Source: the human T2T-CHM13v2.0 reference genome, Homo sapiens
Assembly (NCBI RefSeq): GCF_009914755.1
Contig: NC_060928.1
Strand: one strand, 5' to 3'
Length of the DNA stretch: 64,000 nucleotides
Below, piece by piece: positions 1-14,615 of the stretch. How positions within the stretch are numbered: position 1 is the first letter of the stretch; each line of letters starts with the position of its first letter. Below the pieces are notes generated by a model. It was not told the DNA's origin. It saw only the letters and a list, made by a program, of their open reading frames with translations, and did not search any database. The position numbers and the translations under genes are program-made.

Positions 1-162
1 ATTCTTCAAGGATTGTCCAAGTTAATCTACTTTTTAGTGATCTTATCACTGGATTGCAGATTGCACACTACATACGAGTATTTGGCTGAGGAGGAGGAGA
101 ATGGGGCCTGAAATCCAGCATGCACTCTGACCATTATGGTATGTCTGCTCCTAAGAAACCTC

Positions 163-165
163 ATA

Positions 166-205
<40 letters not shown>

Positions 206-211
206 TTTTTT
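163..211. repeat. (TA)n followed by poly-T microsatellite
   Basis: Direct reading: (AT)n run then about 24 T. Confidence 0.95.
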
Positions 212-249
212 ACAGCAATGCTATGTGTAATTGCATGGTCCTAAATGTA

Positions 250-457
250 GGAACAAAAATGTTAAAAATTTTCTGTTTAAGTTCTATTCACATTTTCTCT
301 CAACTTTGAAATGTCTCTATTTTAAAAAATGTATCGTATATTGGTACAATAATACTAATCTATACAAATAGAAGTAATTTATAAATGGTGAAGGCGTATG
401 TTCAAAAAATTTTGCTGATGCAGTAATATGTAATCAAAACAATTATAGAGAACTTTG
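250..457. mobile_element. Degenerate hAT-Charlie DNA transposon fragment (Charlie4-like end)
   Basis: aaaaaattttgctgatgcagtaatatgtaatcaaaac...gagaactttg resembles remembered Charlie4-type termini; highly diverged. Confidence 0.35.
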
Positions 458-589
458 ATTTAATCTCTAAGCCGAGTGCCATGGTAGTTTCCAAAAATAA
501 TTTGCAGCTTTCTTTTGATCTCATTTTGAGATGGCTGAAGAAGGGACTAAATGATCTTAGGGTAGAAACATCCTAGAGCTCCTGCACAC

Positions 590-593
<4 letters not shown>

Positions 594-625
<32 letters not shown>

Positions 626-647
626 ATGTGTGTGCATCCTGTGTGTA
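594..647. repeat. (TG)n microsatellite
   Basis: About 15 perfect TG units plus a degenerate extension. Confidence 0.95.
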
Positions 648-959
648 TCAGGTGTTCCTGCGTATGTGCTGAAGAGGAGAATGGATAGACTATGGCTGGA
701 CTATGGCTGAGATTTGTCTTCAGGTTTGGTGCAAATCCATCCCAATGCAGTCCATTTTAGGGAAAGCAGATACACTAATTTCAAGATTTGTTAGCCAATT
801 CTCCTTTCAGATGAGTAGTTTATGATGAATTCTCTTTTCCCCATTCATTGGCTTTCTCTAAATTGTAGATCTAAAACAACCTCTTCATGTCTGCTCTGCC
901 TCTGGGATAGAAATAATGAATTGTAGGTTTCTAATAAAAGAGACACGTTTTGTGTCTGA

Positions 960-1086
960 ACATCTTGATTAGAATCGTTGCAGCCATTTACTCAACGTGT
1001 GACTATTTAGGAAAAATAATCATTCTGAGCTTCAGTATTTTCTTTTGTAAAATGAAAGTAATATTAATTAATTCATAGATTTGTTA
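960..1086 (+). mobile_element. MIR fragment
   Basis: MIR core-like ctgagcttcagtattttcttttgtaaaatg. Confidence 0.6.
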
Positions 1087-1087
1087 C

Positions 1088-1227
1088 AGCTACTTGGGAG
1101 GCTGAGGTGAGAGGATCGCTTGAGGACAGGAGTTTGAGAGTAGCTTTCTGGGTGATATAGTGAGACCTGTCTCAAAAGAAGAAGAAGGAGAAGGAGCACT
1201 GAGACGGAGAAGGAGAAGAAGGAGAAA
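1088..1227 (+). mobile_element. Alu monomer (FRAM/FAM-like) with GA-rich tail
   Basis: cagctacttgggaggctgaggtgagaggatcgcttgagg...gagacctgtctcaaaa then (GAA/GGA)n. Confidence 0.85.
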
Positions 1228-1507
1228 CACTCTGACATAGTACTAGGTAGACAGTGTTTATGGAAATTTTTTAGTTTTGAGCTTTAGAAGTCTTTTTTAT
1301 TAGCAATGATAAAATCACAGCTGTTTATGTGCTGTCTGATGTGATGGTTACTTTAAAACACATGTATTATTTCTCTATATCAAACTCGTTAAAATAAGAT
1401 TATTTGGTTAGGGATTAGCTAATGTATTTGTCTGTTTTTTGAAGAGTGACAGCTTCCTAGCTTTTTCTTTTTTCTTTATTTTTTGGTCTACTTGAAGCTG
1501 CCGTATT

Positions 1508-1575
1508 TATTATATGATTGAGTAATGATACAGTGATAATGTATTATATGACTGAGTATTGATACAATGATAATG
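1508..1575. repeat. 34-bp tandem duplication (2 copies, 3 mismatches)
   Basis: tattatatgattgagtaatgatacagtgataatg at 1508 and tattatatgactgagtattgatacaatgataatg at 1542. Confidence 0.9.
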
Positions 1576-1699
1576 ACTCCATCCCATGGTCTGAGTAATT
1601 TTGCAACATGTGGGTCCCACAGGACCGTAGAGCAAAAATCCTTTCTGAATGGGGTATCTGCGAAGGCAATAGAGACTTCACTTTAAGTGGATTTCTGTA

Positions 1700-2250
1700 G
1701 TTTCCAAAGGGATGAGAGGGAGAAAAAAAAGTCTGTATAGAAAGAGGGGGGAAAAAGTCTGTATGGAAAGGATGACTTAGTTGACATGGTTAAAAGGTGT
1801 GCTCATTGACTGGGAAAAAGTTCATAAGTTTGCAGTATTAGGTTAAGGAAGGAAAGTCCATTCAAGCTGTTTTAAAGACTCTGAGATGCCAGACTAAGAA
1901 CTTCATTCAGACTTTATTTGATAGGCAGGGGTGATGTGATTAAGATCATGCCCTGGGAAGATTATGACTATGAATTGAAAGAAACAGACTGGAAGCCTAG
2001 AGATCAGTTACAAAAATAATACCATAGTCCAAAGTCATAATTCAGGATGAAACTGTTAGGAAAAGAGGAAGGACATTTAAAAAGATATTTGCAATGAATA
2101 GCTGTTGTATATTGTATGGTGGGTTTGGGTGAAACTAGACTAAAATTTTTAACAAAGCCTAAATAAACAGCACTGAGAGCTGGTTCCCTCAGCGTTTTGT
2201 TTGAGGTACTAGTGATTATCAAGTGAAGTTCTTAACGCGTAGTAATGTGA
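1700..2250 (-). mobile_element. L2 fragment
   Basis: Purine-rich antisense L2-like motifs (gatgccagactaagaacttc...ggcaggggtgatgtgattaagatc...gactggaagc). Confidence 0.5.
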
Positions 2251-2653
2251 ACTTAAGAAAGGAAGAGCATTACTATTTTTTCAGGGTTTAGCATCAATTC
2301 TTAGCTTTCTTCCTGAAACCATTTCCCATCTTCTACTATTTGAAGAACTAGAGGCATAGATGTATTAATGTGGCCTTTATTTTTCTTGTGAGAATAAGAA
2401 GGATAATACACCTCCCATGCTGGAAACTACCTTAGAAACTTAGGTGAAGAGACAGGTGTCAGATATATTATGTGACTTGCCCAAGATTGCCTGGCCCGTG
2501 GAGAGAGAGCCTTCACTGTGGCTCAGGGATGTGGGCTTCCTGTGTGAAGGTCCTCCCAAGACTCTGTGCTGCCTGGTCTTTACCTGGTCCACGGACACCA
2601 ATCCTTTTTTACTTTTTTTTTTTTCTACCATTTCATGGTGTTTGCATTTGTCA

Positions 2654-3046
<393 letters not shown>

Positions 3047-6000
3047 AGAAAGCACCCACATAATAAAAATGTTGTGCTGGGCACTATATAAAGCCAGGTA
3101 AATATACAAAGGTCTCAGCCTCCACTGTGTATCATGTTTCATACACGGAAGATTATATCCTGAAATCACTGGAGTAAATGTTGAAGTATCAGAGTATCAG
3201 TTTCTCCCCCATAAATTCTCCGGTTACACTTAGAAAGTTTTTTGTTTAGTTGTGTTTTGTGTTTAGTTTTGGCTCTAAGAGGAAGGAAAGGAAATTCACA
3301 TTTTGTTTGTCTGACACTTTTACGAGAAGTTATATATGGCCTTTTAATTTACACATGTAAAATTAATTTGTAAAAGCAGCTATGATGTAATTTATGGATG
3401 AAAAAGCTGAAGATTGACTAGCCTTGTTAATGAAAGGTAGATAGCCATGGTTGGAATTCATGTCTTCTGAGGTTCATAAAACAGGCCATCTTTTAAATTG
3501 AGAAGTGACATCATAATAGCAACATGGGCAACCTGAAAGGCAGTCAAAGAAAAACAAGGAGGGTATTAAAAGGTCTGAATGGTATATCACACGAAAATCA
3601 GTTGAAGAGACTTGCACTATTTAGAAGAAAGAGATAAAACAAAGGTGCTACTTAATCAAAAATTTTTAAACAGCTGAGGTGTTATCCTTTCAAAGAAGTA
3701 TCAAAGACTAGTTAGCTCAAAAAGATGAAAGTAATTTGATATTGGAAGTGACTTTCCTTTCCAAGGCTCATGTCAAGGGTTTGGGGCCAGGTATTTGGCA
3801 GGACTTCACTGTTGGGAAGATTGCAAAAGAACCTTGCCTTAAACATTTATAATTTTAACCTTTCTGCCACTGAATTCATTTTAATAGTGAATCTGATACA
3901 AAATAATTACTTATAAAATAGATTAACTGGAATTTCTTTGCTTAAAGCAAGGATGATAAAGAGGCCCCTACTCTTGAAAGTTTTCCGGGGCCCCTTTCTG
4001 ATACACTGTGAGTACAATGATTTTAATTTGAAAACCTTTGTTGGTAAAAATGATTTCCAAATTCCATTCCTGTGGAAAGATGCTAATTTAACTTTAATTT
4101 GAACAAAGTCGACTTATGCTAACAACTCCTAATTTGGTCATGACTTTTGGGGGAAATCTTCACTCAGGTTTGGGCAGTGAAGTTACTGCTAAGATAGCTG
4201 CTCAAGTGAAGGGCAGATGACCGTCAGCTCTCTTAGTAGTAAGTCAATCCAAACCAACTCCTTCATTGCCAATTAATCCAGTCCCTGCGTCATGCCCCTG
4301 GAAAGGTACTTGGGCTTCCTGAGAAGTTATTCATCCTGATAAAGTGAAATAAAACAAAGCAAACTCATAGTATTTTCAGGATTTCAAGGAAATATATTGA
4401 AAGATTTTTGCTGTGCACAATGATTTATTTATTTAAAAAATTTAAAATTGATGCTCTGCCGAAAAGGCATAATTGTAAGGGAATCTATAATTGCAGCCTT
4501 CATTTCTCTTGAGTACTAGGAAAAAAAATAAGAAAGGAAAAATGGAAGGACAGATATTATTAAATAAAGTGTTACTAGCATCACATGCTCAAATTAACAT
4601 GTTCTTTGCCACAGTGCTCTAAAGGAGATATTTGCACTTTGTCTGTATGATGGCCAGTGCCATATATGAAGTATATTCAATCCAAGAAAATGTCTGGGAG
4701 TCAGAAGTATGTTCAGACAAGTTTTCTATCATGTGTTGTCTACCAGCCTTTTACATACTGTAGATATTCTAGAAAGACTAACAAGCTAGACAAATTAATT
4801 TCTCCTTTTGTTATGCTTATGAGAATAAACTGATTAAACAGTTCCTATTCTATCTGTGTAAACAGAGACATATTAGTTAACTTACTGCTTATTTTATTTT
4901 CCCACATACTTACAGTAATTTCAAATGTTGAAAAATGAGGAGAGCAGAATATGGCATTAAGCAAAGAGAATGAAATAAAAAATAAAGCAATGATCTGAAC
5001 TAGAAAAAAAAGTTTTAAAAATGTAATTTTTCAGTTACACAAAAGTTACCATGGCATTACCTTTCCTTTTGTGTCTGTTGGTGATTTAATTTAGTAGTTT
5101 TAGAAAATGTGTCTATTGCTGTATTTAAAAATTCTAATTACAGCAATTGGTAAAGAAGTTTCCAAGTACAAGGGGTATTTGTAGAGAACCTGTAGGACTG
5201 ACAAGTGATTGACAGGTAAACAACCCCACTGTGGCCTTATATTCCATTCTGTGATGTTGGACTATAGATACTACATAAGCCTCAGGAAGTAACCACCTTC
5301 CAATTTTTATTAAATGCTTGGCGTCATGGATGTAAACAGTATTGTGCCTTAGTTGACTAAATGTGGCACTTTCTTTTACACTGCCGCACCACCCTGACTC
5401 AGTGTGATGGAATATCTGTGAAAAGAACAAATGGGAACTTTTCTTTAATGCGTTTAACTGAATGTATCCTCCGAAAAGAAAAGCAAGTGCAGATTTCATC
5501 AAATAAATTGAAACCATCTAAAAGTGAATGAAAGAGGATAGCATTTCTAACTTCAAATGTTCTGTTTATGACTTACTAGTGCCAGTGTGAAATTGCCCTT
5601 TCTTCTCTGCTAATGCAAAGGCTGACAGGTCAGCATGCACACACACATTATGTTATGCGCAATCGGAAGCTCTTGAGCTTGTCCTTGAACATGCTTTACA
5701 GTTAATATATCTTGATTTTCAAAGTGCCATTTTTTCCCGTTTTGAACCCAGACTTTCTTTTCCTTGCTTCCTTACAAATAGTTTCCTTAATTCGTATGCA
5801 TTTCTTACTGTACTTCTTGGTACTCATTTCTTTTTTGAAAAATCTTTATAATAGCCTGCTTTAATAAAATATTTTAAAATAGTTAATAAAATTGGATGAA
5901 TGCTGTCATCAACTGTGATTCTTTAAGAAATAGTTTGTATGTTTACTAATAAATTCAAAATTAATGGATTTGCCTGATGTGAAACTTTGTTTTCCTGAAT

Positions 6001-6439
6001 TTTAAAATGTGGAAGCAAGTCTTCTTTTTGTAACCATTTCATATTTTTAAGATGTTCTAATGATTGCCTCAGAGTCTAGAGGAAAAATATTCTGAGGGTT
6101 TTCCCCCCTTCCACTTGAATGCTAAGAACTTGGATGTTTTGAATGAGCTATTCGCCAGCAGATGAAAAGTCATTCCAGATAAATGAGAAACCAAGTACAG
6201 TAAAATCTGTGTTTTCTAACCAGCAAAATCTGGAAAATCGTAATTTTTTGATTCCCCAGGCAAAAATGTCAATCTAATAAATAGGCTAACTGAAATAGGG
6301 TAGGGTGACTGTGGTGAAATTTAAGTTGTTAAGAGATGCAATATGTATTCTTATTGCTAATTTTAAAAAAAAATCATGGGTTTTTGTGAGCAAAAATGAT
6401 ATATTTGTGTAAATCATGGCATTTTCCTTCCTTTTCTAG

Positions 6440-6463
6440 ACCATGAGGAAAAACAAATAGGAG
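6440..6463 (+). other. Candidate 24-nt microexon
   Basis: ttttccttccttttctag|ACCATGAGGAAAAACAAATAGGAG|gtaaaa; 47-nt AG-free zone upstream; open only in phase 1; weak donor. Confidence 0.25.
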
Positions 6464-6765
6464 GTAAAAAGAGGAGATCAACACATGAATTAACTCTGAG
6501 TTATCTGTAACGGATACCCTGTCTTCATAATGTATCTCATAAAAGTTTTAATACCAGTGTATTTCAAAGGTTTGCAAGTTATTTAGTACTTGGAACATGT
6601 TTTCCCATAGAAACAATGTTGTAAATATTGGTTCAGTTCCCAGGCCAGTGCACACAGCCTATTTAATCCATATGTATCTAAGAGACAGTACCAATGTTTG
6701 CTTGAGTACTGGATCCTAAAGGCATATGTGCAGAAAAGAGCATAGTAATCGGTATCTTCTGTTAG

Positions 6766-7071
<306 letters not shown>

Positions 7072-10000
7072 CTATTTTCTGTTAATTTTATGGAAAGGAA
7101 ATGGTCTTATAGGAATTTCCAGAAGGCACTAATTTTGATATTTGTCCTTTTCTTTTGTGCCTCTTATTCAAAAGTCACCAGAGTTCTCTTGTGGACCTGT
7201 GGGAACAGCAGGACCCAGAGTTTACTATATAACCTGCTCTTTAAAGGAAAAGCAATCTCCTTCAAGGGATTCCTGTAGGTTGGGGCATTTTGGCCCCTTT
7301 ATTGCTCTGGACTTGTTGATAAAGCTTATTAACCTCAGTGTTCTAAATGGTACAGTTAAAATGATTTACTAAGCCCAAGAAACACAATGAGGATATGACA
7401 GAAACATCTTGATATGTTGCTGGAGGTTTAAGAAAGTCTTGTTGCTTAGTTGTGACTTTTAATTTATTTCTTTGTTTTCCCCTTCACAATGTCTTATTTC
7501 AATAAAAACTTTATAGTTTTTCACAGTAGCTCTCATAGTGATGGTGGCAGAGCCTTTGCTGAGCTGAGGCAATATCAGAGAGGTTGATAGTAAGCTCTTT
7601 GTTTGGAAATTGGGGATTGTAATTTATTGCATTATTTTTAATAAATGAAAAATTACCATTATTCATAGTTGTAATTTGACATTTATCTGTCATTAATTTT
7701 TGCAATATGTTTTTGTATATTGCAAAAATGCAATTTGACAATGTAATTTGACATTTATCTCAGACTGTATGACTTTTTACAATATGTTTTCCCCAATATT
7801 TTATATATATAAGCAAGCAGGGCCTGTATGATTTTCTTTGCTCTTGCCACACCAGTTGTATTCAAGCCAAAGACAATCCACCCAGTGGGTGATTTATAAC
7901 ATAGCTATTTTTTAAAGAGATATAAAGCACTGTATTGCTTTATCAGTAAGAATATACAGACTTTTAAAAAACATTATTTCTAATATATTTATATATCAAC
8001 AAGGATCAAAACAAATTTTGTTACTGGAACTTTATCTCAAACCATGTTTTTAGTGAAGAAATAGCTATTATACTTTCTTGTACAGTTCGTTCAAAGGAGG
8101 ACATGTGTTTTGTCAACGAGGAAAGAAATCAATGCTATTTGTGATATTATATACCTCATTTGAATATTTTATCTATTTCAATAAATTGAAAATGAGTTCC
8201 TACTTTCTTTTCCATATGCTGATTTTCATGATTTCTTTTTCTATAGAGAAAAATATAGCTGAGCAGATTTTTAAATGCAGCATTGGCAGTGTTACAGGTC
8301 TTTAATTTTGTTGGCATTGTTCATTTTGCCTTTTTTTGTTTTTTTTTTTAGTTTTGTGATGTGAGGTGATGTGATGGTCAAAAATGTGGACTTTTTAAGG
8401 CCCGACAGGGGGAGCCAATTCCATATTCTATTGAGATTTCCTGGCATTATTGCAGTTGTCCATTTGTCACGGCCAAAATACTTTCTTTAGCCTTGGCTGT
8501 CCATAGGGCTCCGTAACAGATACTCTTTGCTAAAAATAATACAGTATTTTATATTAATTACCTTTCAGTCATTAATATTGAAATTATTAATCTATTGAGA
8601 TAATGCCTAGGAAACTGAAATAGGGTCATTATTTTAAAATGTATGATATCATCATTCAAGGTAAAGTTAATCTTATAAATATAACCTTTTCACAATAAAG
8701 ATCAATGTAGAATATATGGAACATTTTAATGCTCATAAAAATTCTTTAGTACAATATTTTATGGTTAGATTAATAAACATGGGACCATCTCTTCTCAGAT
8801 TTTTAAGCAAATCAAATTTATAAAATAATTAAAATCACATGACTCTATTATATGACTTTTTTAAAACCACATACCTTACTTTAAAAAAAGTAAAGATCCT
8901 AAACTAAGTTCAAGGTCTACCACAATGAATCATTTAGGATGGTATTGAATTCCCATAATTGTTTGGTTCTGTGTTTTGTTCTCAGTAAAGAAAGTGGAAT
9001 GGTTTTATTTATTTGAATTATATAGGGTATATCTTATCAAAAGACATTCTAAGATTACAAAAACATTCAATGTGATACATTTATCTTGACAAGGAACATG
9101 GAATTATATGTGCAAGAACATTCATTTGTTTTCATAGTTTAGAATATATAAAATTTTATAATTTCTGTGCATTTATCACTTTGTAAGCCTTAATTCCCTA
9201 GTTAGCTTCGTATCTATATATCCTAAGATATAATATATGATGAGTGCATTTTAGTTGTCTCGCACATGTAGACATGTGCAGACATGCACACACACACACA
9301 CAAATATAGACATCCTCTTTGTTTTTATTTCCTGTATATTCACTAACATGATAATGGACATATATTATGTGATAAATTATATTGTGTGTTAAATAACTAC
9401 CATAGATTACCTATTTTAAATTTCAAGAGCAATAAATCTCTGTTGCTAAAATCAAGCACTAGGCTTTTATGGAACTCTTCCTATTTTTTAAAAAACTTAA
9501 CTTTGTTTCTGCTAGAGCTTCGTTTGAGTATGTTTATGCTATCAGGAGCCTAAAATGCAATAGCATTTAATGAATTTTTGGTTTGATTTTGAAAAAAAAA
9601 TGGATATGGTATACATCGTTTTCTAATTTTAAAAAGTAATCTCATTAGCCTTTGTGTTACCTTAACATATAGTACAGATTTTGCCTTATGCTAAAGACTT
9701 CATGCAAGTTGGATAAATGAATGAATGAATGAGCAACTCTTTAAAGGCTATGCTCTCTTGAACAGTGTATCTACCTGTTTTCTCATATATTCAATGAGAT
9801 GCTAATTATTTGCTTTGTTCATATGGTTGATAGGGAAATCAAATAAGATATTGAAGAGCTTTAAAAATTAGAAAATTTTAAATTTTAAATTTATGAACAA
9901 TGATAACACTACATTTTTATAATTCAAAATGCTGGCTGTTTGGGATACATCTTTATTTTTATCTTAAAGAGATAAGCATGTTACTGGCTATTTGAAACTT

Positions 10001-11064
10001 TCTGTATGAGAATGTCTCTTTTTTGCAATGCTGCAGTGAATCATGCTTGTAAGAATGGCCAAATAGACCTATGTTTGCTAACGTTAGATTCTTGTTATAC
10101 CCAATTACCCTTTTGTTCTTCATGCCATTCTGAATGTCATTTTGCACCAATGGCCAGGCATTAATGGGGCATACTAACTCTATTGTACCTGCCACTTATG
10201 CAGTATTAGTTTCAGACTCCCTACTTTTAATTGAAGAGCTATGTAGTTAAATTATCATGTCATGAATTCCAATTCACTAGAAGAGCTAAGGAAGAAAATG
10301 CTATTGAAAGCTTTCCCAAGTAACATTTCTTTTAAATTGACAAGTCTTTAGACTAATGAGATATTAGTAGAGGAGGATGTATTTTCATTTGTAAATAAAA
10401 TTGAGATTAAAAAATGTTAAAGAGAACCATTTTAGAATAATCCTCTCTCTCCTGAGAAAAGTTGTCTTGACAACAGTACCATTTATAATTAGAAATGATG
10501 AATATTTTATTTCTCGAAGGAAAATTCTCCCTAACTATGCTAGACAGTGATCGGGCTAAATGTTCATCAGGCTCAATCATTTTTTGGTGCAAAAATATAC
10601 TGTCGATTTTTTGGCTCAGTAATAATCAAGCCTTGCCTTGTAGTTTATAAGGACTGGGTTTTCCTATGCATTTCTTAATAGTAATCTGTGAAATTAAGAA
10701 AAAGAGATCTTATTGACCTAATTTTACAGAAAGAGTATGTATCTAATAAGTGACAAAAATAGAACTAGAGAAACGAAGATTAATTTTTTTGCTTTTCATC
10801 ATTTTGCCAAAGGGGCAGAAACATATGACACATTTCAGAGTTGTGCTTTCACTCATGTTCGAATCTATTCTTTTATATCATGGAATTTGTATTTCTTTCA
10901 ATTTAAAATATTTTATTTTCTTTGCCTATTATAAGTGAAGAATTGGCTTAAACTTAAGATATCTGATATAGATTTCAGTCTTTCTCTAGTGTTCATGAAA
11001 ATAAAGCCATTTAAACAAATGGCTATTCAAATTAAAAGATGTGATGGAAACTTCATCTTGTGTC

Positions 11065-11480
11065 ATCATTTATTCCATCAGTTATCCAGTGTCTGCTACA
11101 TGCCAGGCAATGGGGGAGGGACAAGTTAAATAAATCATAATGTCTATGGGGGGGATGGAAGGACACATCTAGAAAGCAGTGACCAGCCTTCAGAGTATTG
11201 AAATTGAAATGGCTGCAGGATGTCAGAGGCTAGAGCATTCACTTTGAGATAAAGCGTTCATGAGGACTGTGGGAGGAGATGGCACTTGAGGTGTGTCATG
11301 AAAAAGGGGGATATATTTAAGGAGGGAGGTTAAGGAGAGGGTGTAACATCCACCAGAGGAAATGACTGTGCAATCCAGTGACCAAGAGAGGAGAGTAATC
11401 GATTGGAGGATGCATTGGAATGTTAAATGGGGCTTGATTCTAGAAGGCCTTGGTGCAATTCTAAAGCAAACGTTTATCAT
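11065..11480 (-). mobile_element. L2 3' region
   Basis: catttattccatc...gtgtctgctacatgccaggca followed by purine-rich L2-like body. Confidence 0.6.
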
Positions 11481-11625
11481 CCAATCAAATCTATTACCTT
11501 GAACTCAGTGGTTTAGTGAATTACACAGTTGTTTGTATCTGATTGTATATGACGTGGAACTTTCATGATATAAATTTACCTTCTGTCTTCACTTTTATGA
11601 CTTCGTTAAAATCCATTCACTGATG

Positions 11626-11673
11626 AAATCTTATCCCATTATCTACATTAAATCTTATCCCATTATCTACATT
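11626..11673. repeat. Perfect 24-bp tandem duplication
   Basis: aaatcttatcccattatctacatt x2. Confidence 0.95.
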
Positions 11674-12459
11674 ACACTTAAAGTTTAAGACATATTTTAT
11701 TATTAATTCAAATAATATACTTTTGAAACCTTTATTATCTATATCTGTGATGACCTCAAAGTTCAAGTAGTGTTACATGGAAAATGTTAGTTTTATACTG
11801 TGCAAGACTTACTTTAATACAGGTTCACTCTTTGGATTCTGTTTGTAAAAGAGTAGAATTTAATTCAAGATTTCCTGTGGCTGGCTGGATTTAGAGAGCC
11901 ACTCTCAGTACCCTTACAAGCCAGGCACTTTGCAGATACAAGGCTTTGAAACAAAGACTGAAACAAAGTGCAGTGGCTCTTTATATTTATATTTTACTTG
12001 TTTTATTGTTTTCATTGAGGAGGAATTTATTTATTAGCTTCCATTTATCATTAGAACACATTTCATTTTAGAGAAGCTCTGAGGTCTTAAAGCTAATATG
12101 GAATTACAGTTACTTTTTTTTTTTATTTTGAAGATCATATATGAAAGACAGTACATTTCATAGAAATGAAAGACAGATGCCTCTTCCTCTCTTTCTTTCT
12201 TTTCCTCCTTTGTACCAACCTCTGTGTTAATAGAAAATGCCTTGTGGTGTGGCCATGAGCATGGTGGTCTTGAGGAGCCCACGCTCCACTGAATGGATAA
12301 ACAAACAACAGTGACACAGCATCAGGCTTAAGTCAGAGGTAGGATCACCGTCTGTGTAGACATATGTATGTGGTTTCTTCTTTCTGTCTATGTGGGTGCC
12401 TCATAGCAGAGTGTACGTGAATGTGGTTCTTAAATAAAATTATATGCACTGGGAGCTTA

Positions 12460-12720
12460 GGACTGAGGAAGAATATTCCAGCTAGATGGAATGGCAAAAA
12501 TAAAGACATAGAACTACAAAGGTGAGTAGGTGGTAAGTTCAAGGGAAATGATAGGAGATGAACCTTGGAAGGCTGGTCTATGCCACACTACATGAGGTGA
12601 TAACTGAGTTTGAATTACACCTGCTAGGCTGGGAACAGCATGGAAAATATTTAAGCAATGTTGAGACATGTTGAAATCTGTAAAATAGAAACATAATTAC
12701 CATTTTGAGGGTGGGTTTGA
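12460..12720 (-). mobile_element. L2 fragment
   Basis: gaagaatattccagctagatggaatggcaaaaataaagac...ctgagtttgaatt...tttaagcaatg, antisense L2-like. Confidence 0.5.
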
Positions 12721-13064
12721 GGGCCTAGAGGCTTATGTGATTTTCTCCTGCAGAGTTTTAGCTATGATAGCAGAGGAGGTGTTTTCTGCAGTATCTCTTG
12801 TGTCACAAAAAGTTCCTACCAGTGTATATTATTGTAAACTACTCAATACACATTTGTTCATTGGATGAATGATGCTACTTATCCCCCTACTCTTAATTAA
12901 AAGCTCAACTAGATAACTTTTTTAAAAGAAAAGAAAATGAAAGAAAGGAAGGAAAAAATAAGGTAAGAGAGAACTAAAAATTGGACTATAAGGCAGTGGA
13001 AATAGGTAATACAGAGTGTATTTGCAGAACTCAAAGATACATGGTTGTGAAGGAAGGAGAGGAG

Positions 13065-13562
13065 TTGTAATAGACTATTACTTTGACTCCAGTGAAACAC
13101 ACCTCTCAATTTTCATGCCCTTGTGTAGTGCCTTTCCTTGAATCTGAGCTTGGCCATGTGACAAGCGTTGGCCAATGAGACATTAGCAAGTGAGATGCAA
13201 GCAGAGGCTTGACAAATGCTTACATGTTAGAGATGGTCTTCTTGCTTGGAATACTTGTGGTTAGAGTGCACCATCTTGGAACAGCTGCCTTGCTGTTAGG
13301 AAGCCCGAGAAGTGATACAAAGAGATGCACATGAAGGAAAATGGAGATGCAGAGCTTACATTCCCATCTGTGCTCCCAGCCAGTCCCAGCGCTCAGGCCA
13401 TTTTGTAACTTCCAACCATCCCCTCACCCCCACCATACCATACAAAACGCAAAAACTGCCCACTCACACCACAGAATTTTAAGAGAGCGTGATTGGTGGT
13501 TGTTGTTTTAAGTTGCTACACTTTAGGGTAGTCTGTTAACATAGCAAAGTATAACTTCAAAA
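13065..13562 (+). mobile_element. MaLR MLT1 (G/H-like) LTR
   Basis: ttggccatgtgacaagcgttggccaatgagacattagcaagtgagatgcaagcagaggcttga and 3' gttgttttaagttgctacactttagggtagtctgtta. Confidence 0.8.
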
Positions 13563-14206
13563 TGAATGGAGAATGGTTTTAATATATGCAGGTTAATTAC
13601 TTGGTGGATTGTGATACCTTCATTTATCTTAGCTCAAAGTACAAGATAAGTAGTTTTGTTGCTAGTACACTAGACTGTGAATTCTTCGAAGAATGAATCT
13701 ATATTTTTACTGCATTTTGGCAAATAGGTATTCGAAAATGTTTGCTGAATGTAATATTGAAAGCAAGCCATGCTCATGATGCTATGCCATTTAGCTGCTG
13801 CTAAACTGGTAACTCTCCATGTGGCTCTGCTTTTTATTTTTGCTTTTGGTTATCATGTACCCCTGTGACCCAACATACAGAATGGTAACAGGAGGTGTAA
13901 ATACACACACACCCCACACAGACATATATACACCAAAAAAAGAACAGAAAATAAATGTTTGATGAACTGGAGATGGCTAGATCACAACACGTGGGAAAAA
14001 TTAAGGTCTATGTCACCTGTGAAAAAACTGAAATTAATGAACAAATTTCTGTAACATAAGTCAGACATTCTTTCTATTAAATTTAAGCTAATTTATATAA
14101 AACACCATGTATGGGAACCCCCTATTCAAACACACAGCTTGTATACTTGGGTAAGAAAATGTGGGTTACCATTAGAATGAAAGGCAAATGATGTATTTGG
14201 AGATTA

Positions 14207-14615
<409 letters not shown>

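Noticed and set aside
5144-5215. 72-nt acceptor-donor pair
   Set aside because: Poor pyrimidine tract and stops in all three frames.
5134-5517. 127-aa ORF on the - strand in repeat-free DNA
   Set aside because: No recognisable domain or promoter context; this length is compatible with chance in 64 kb.
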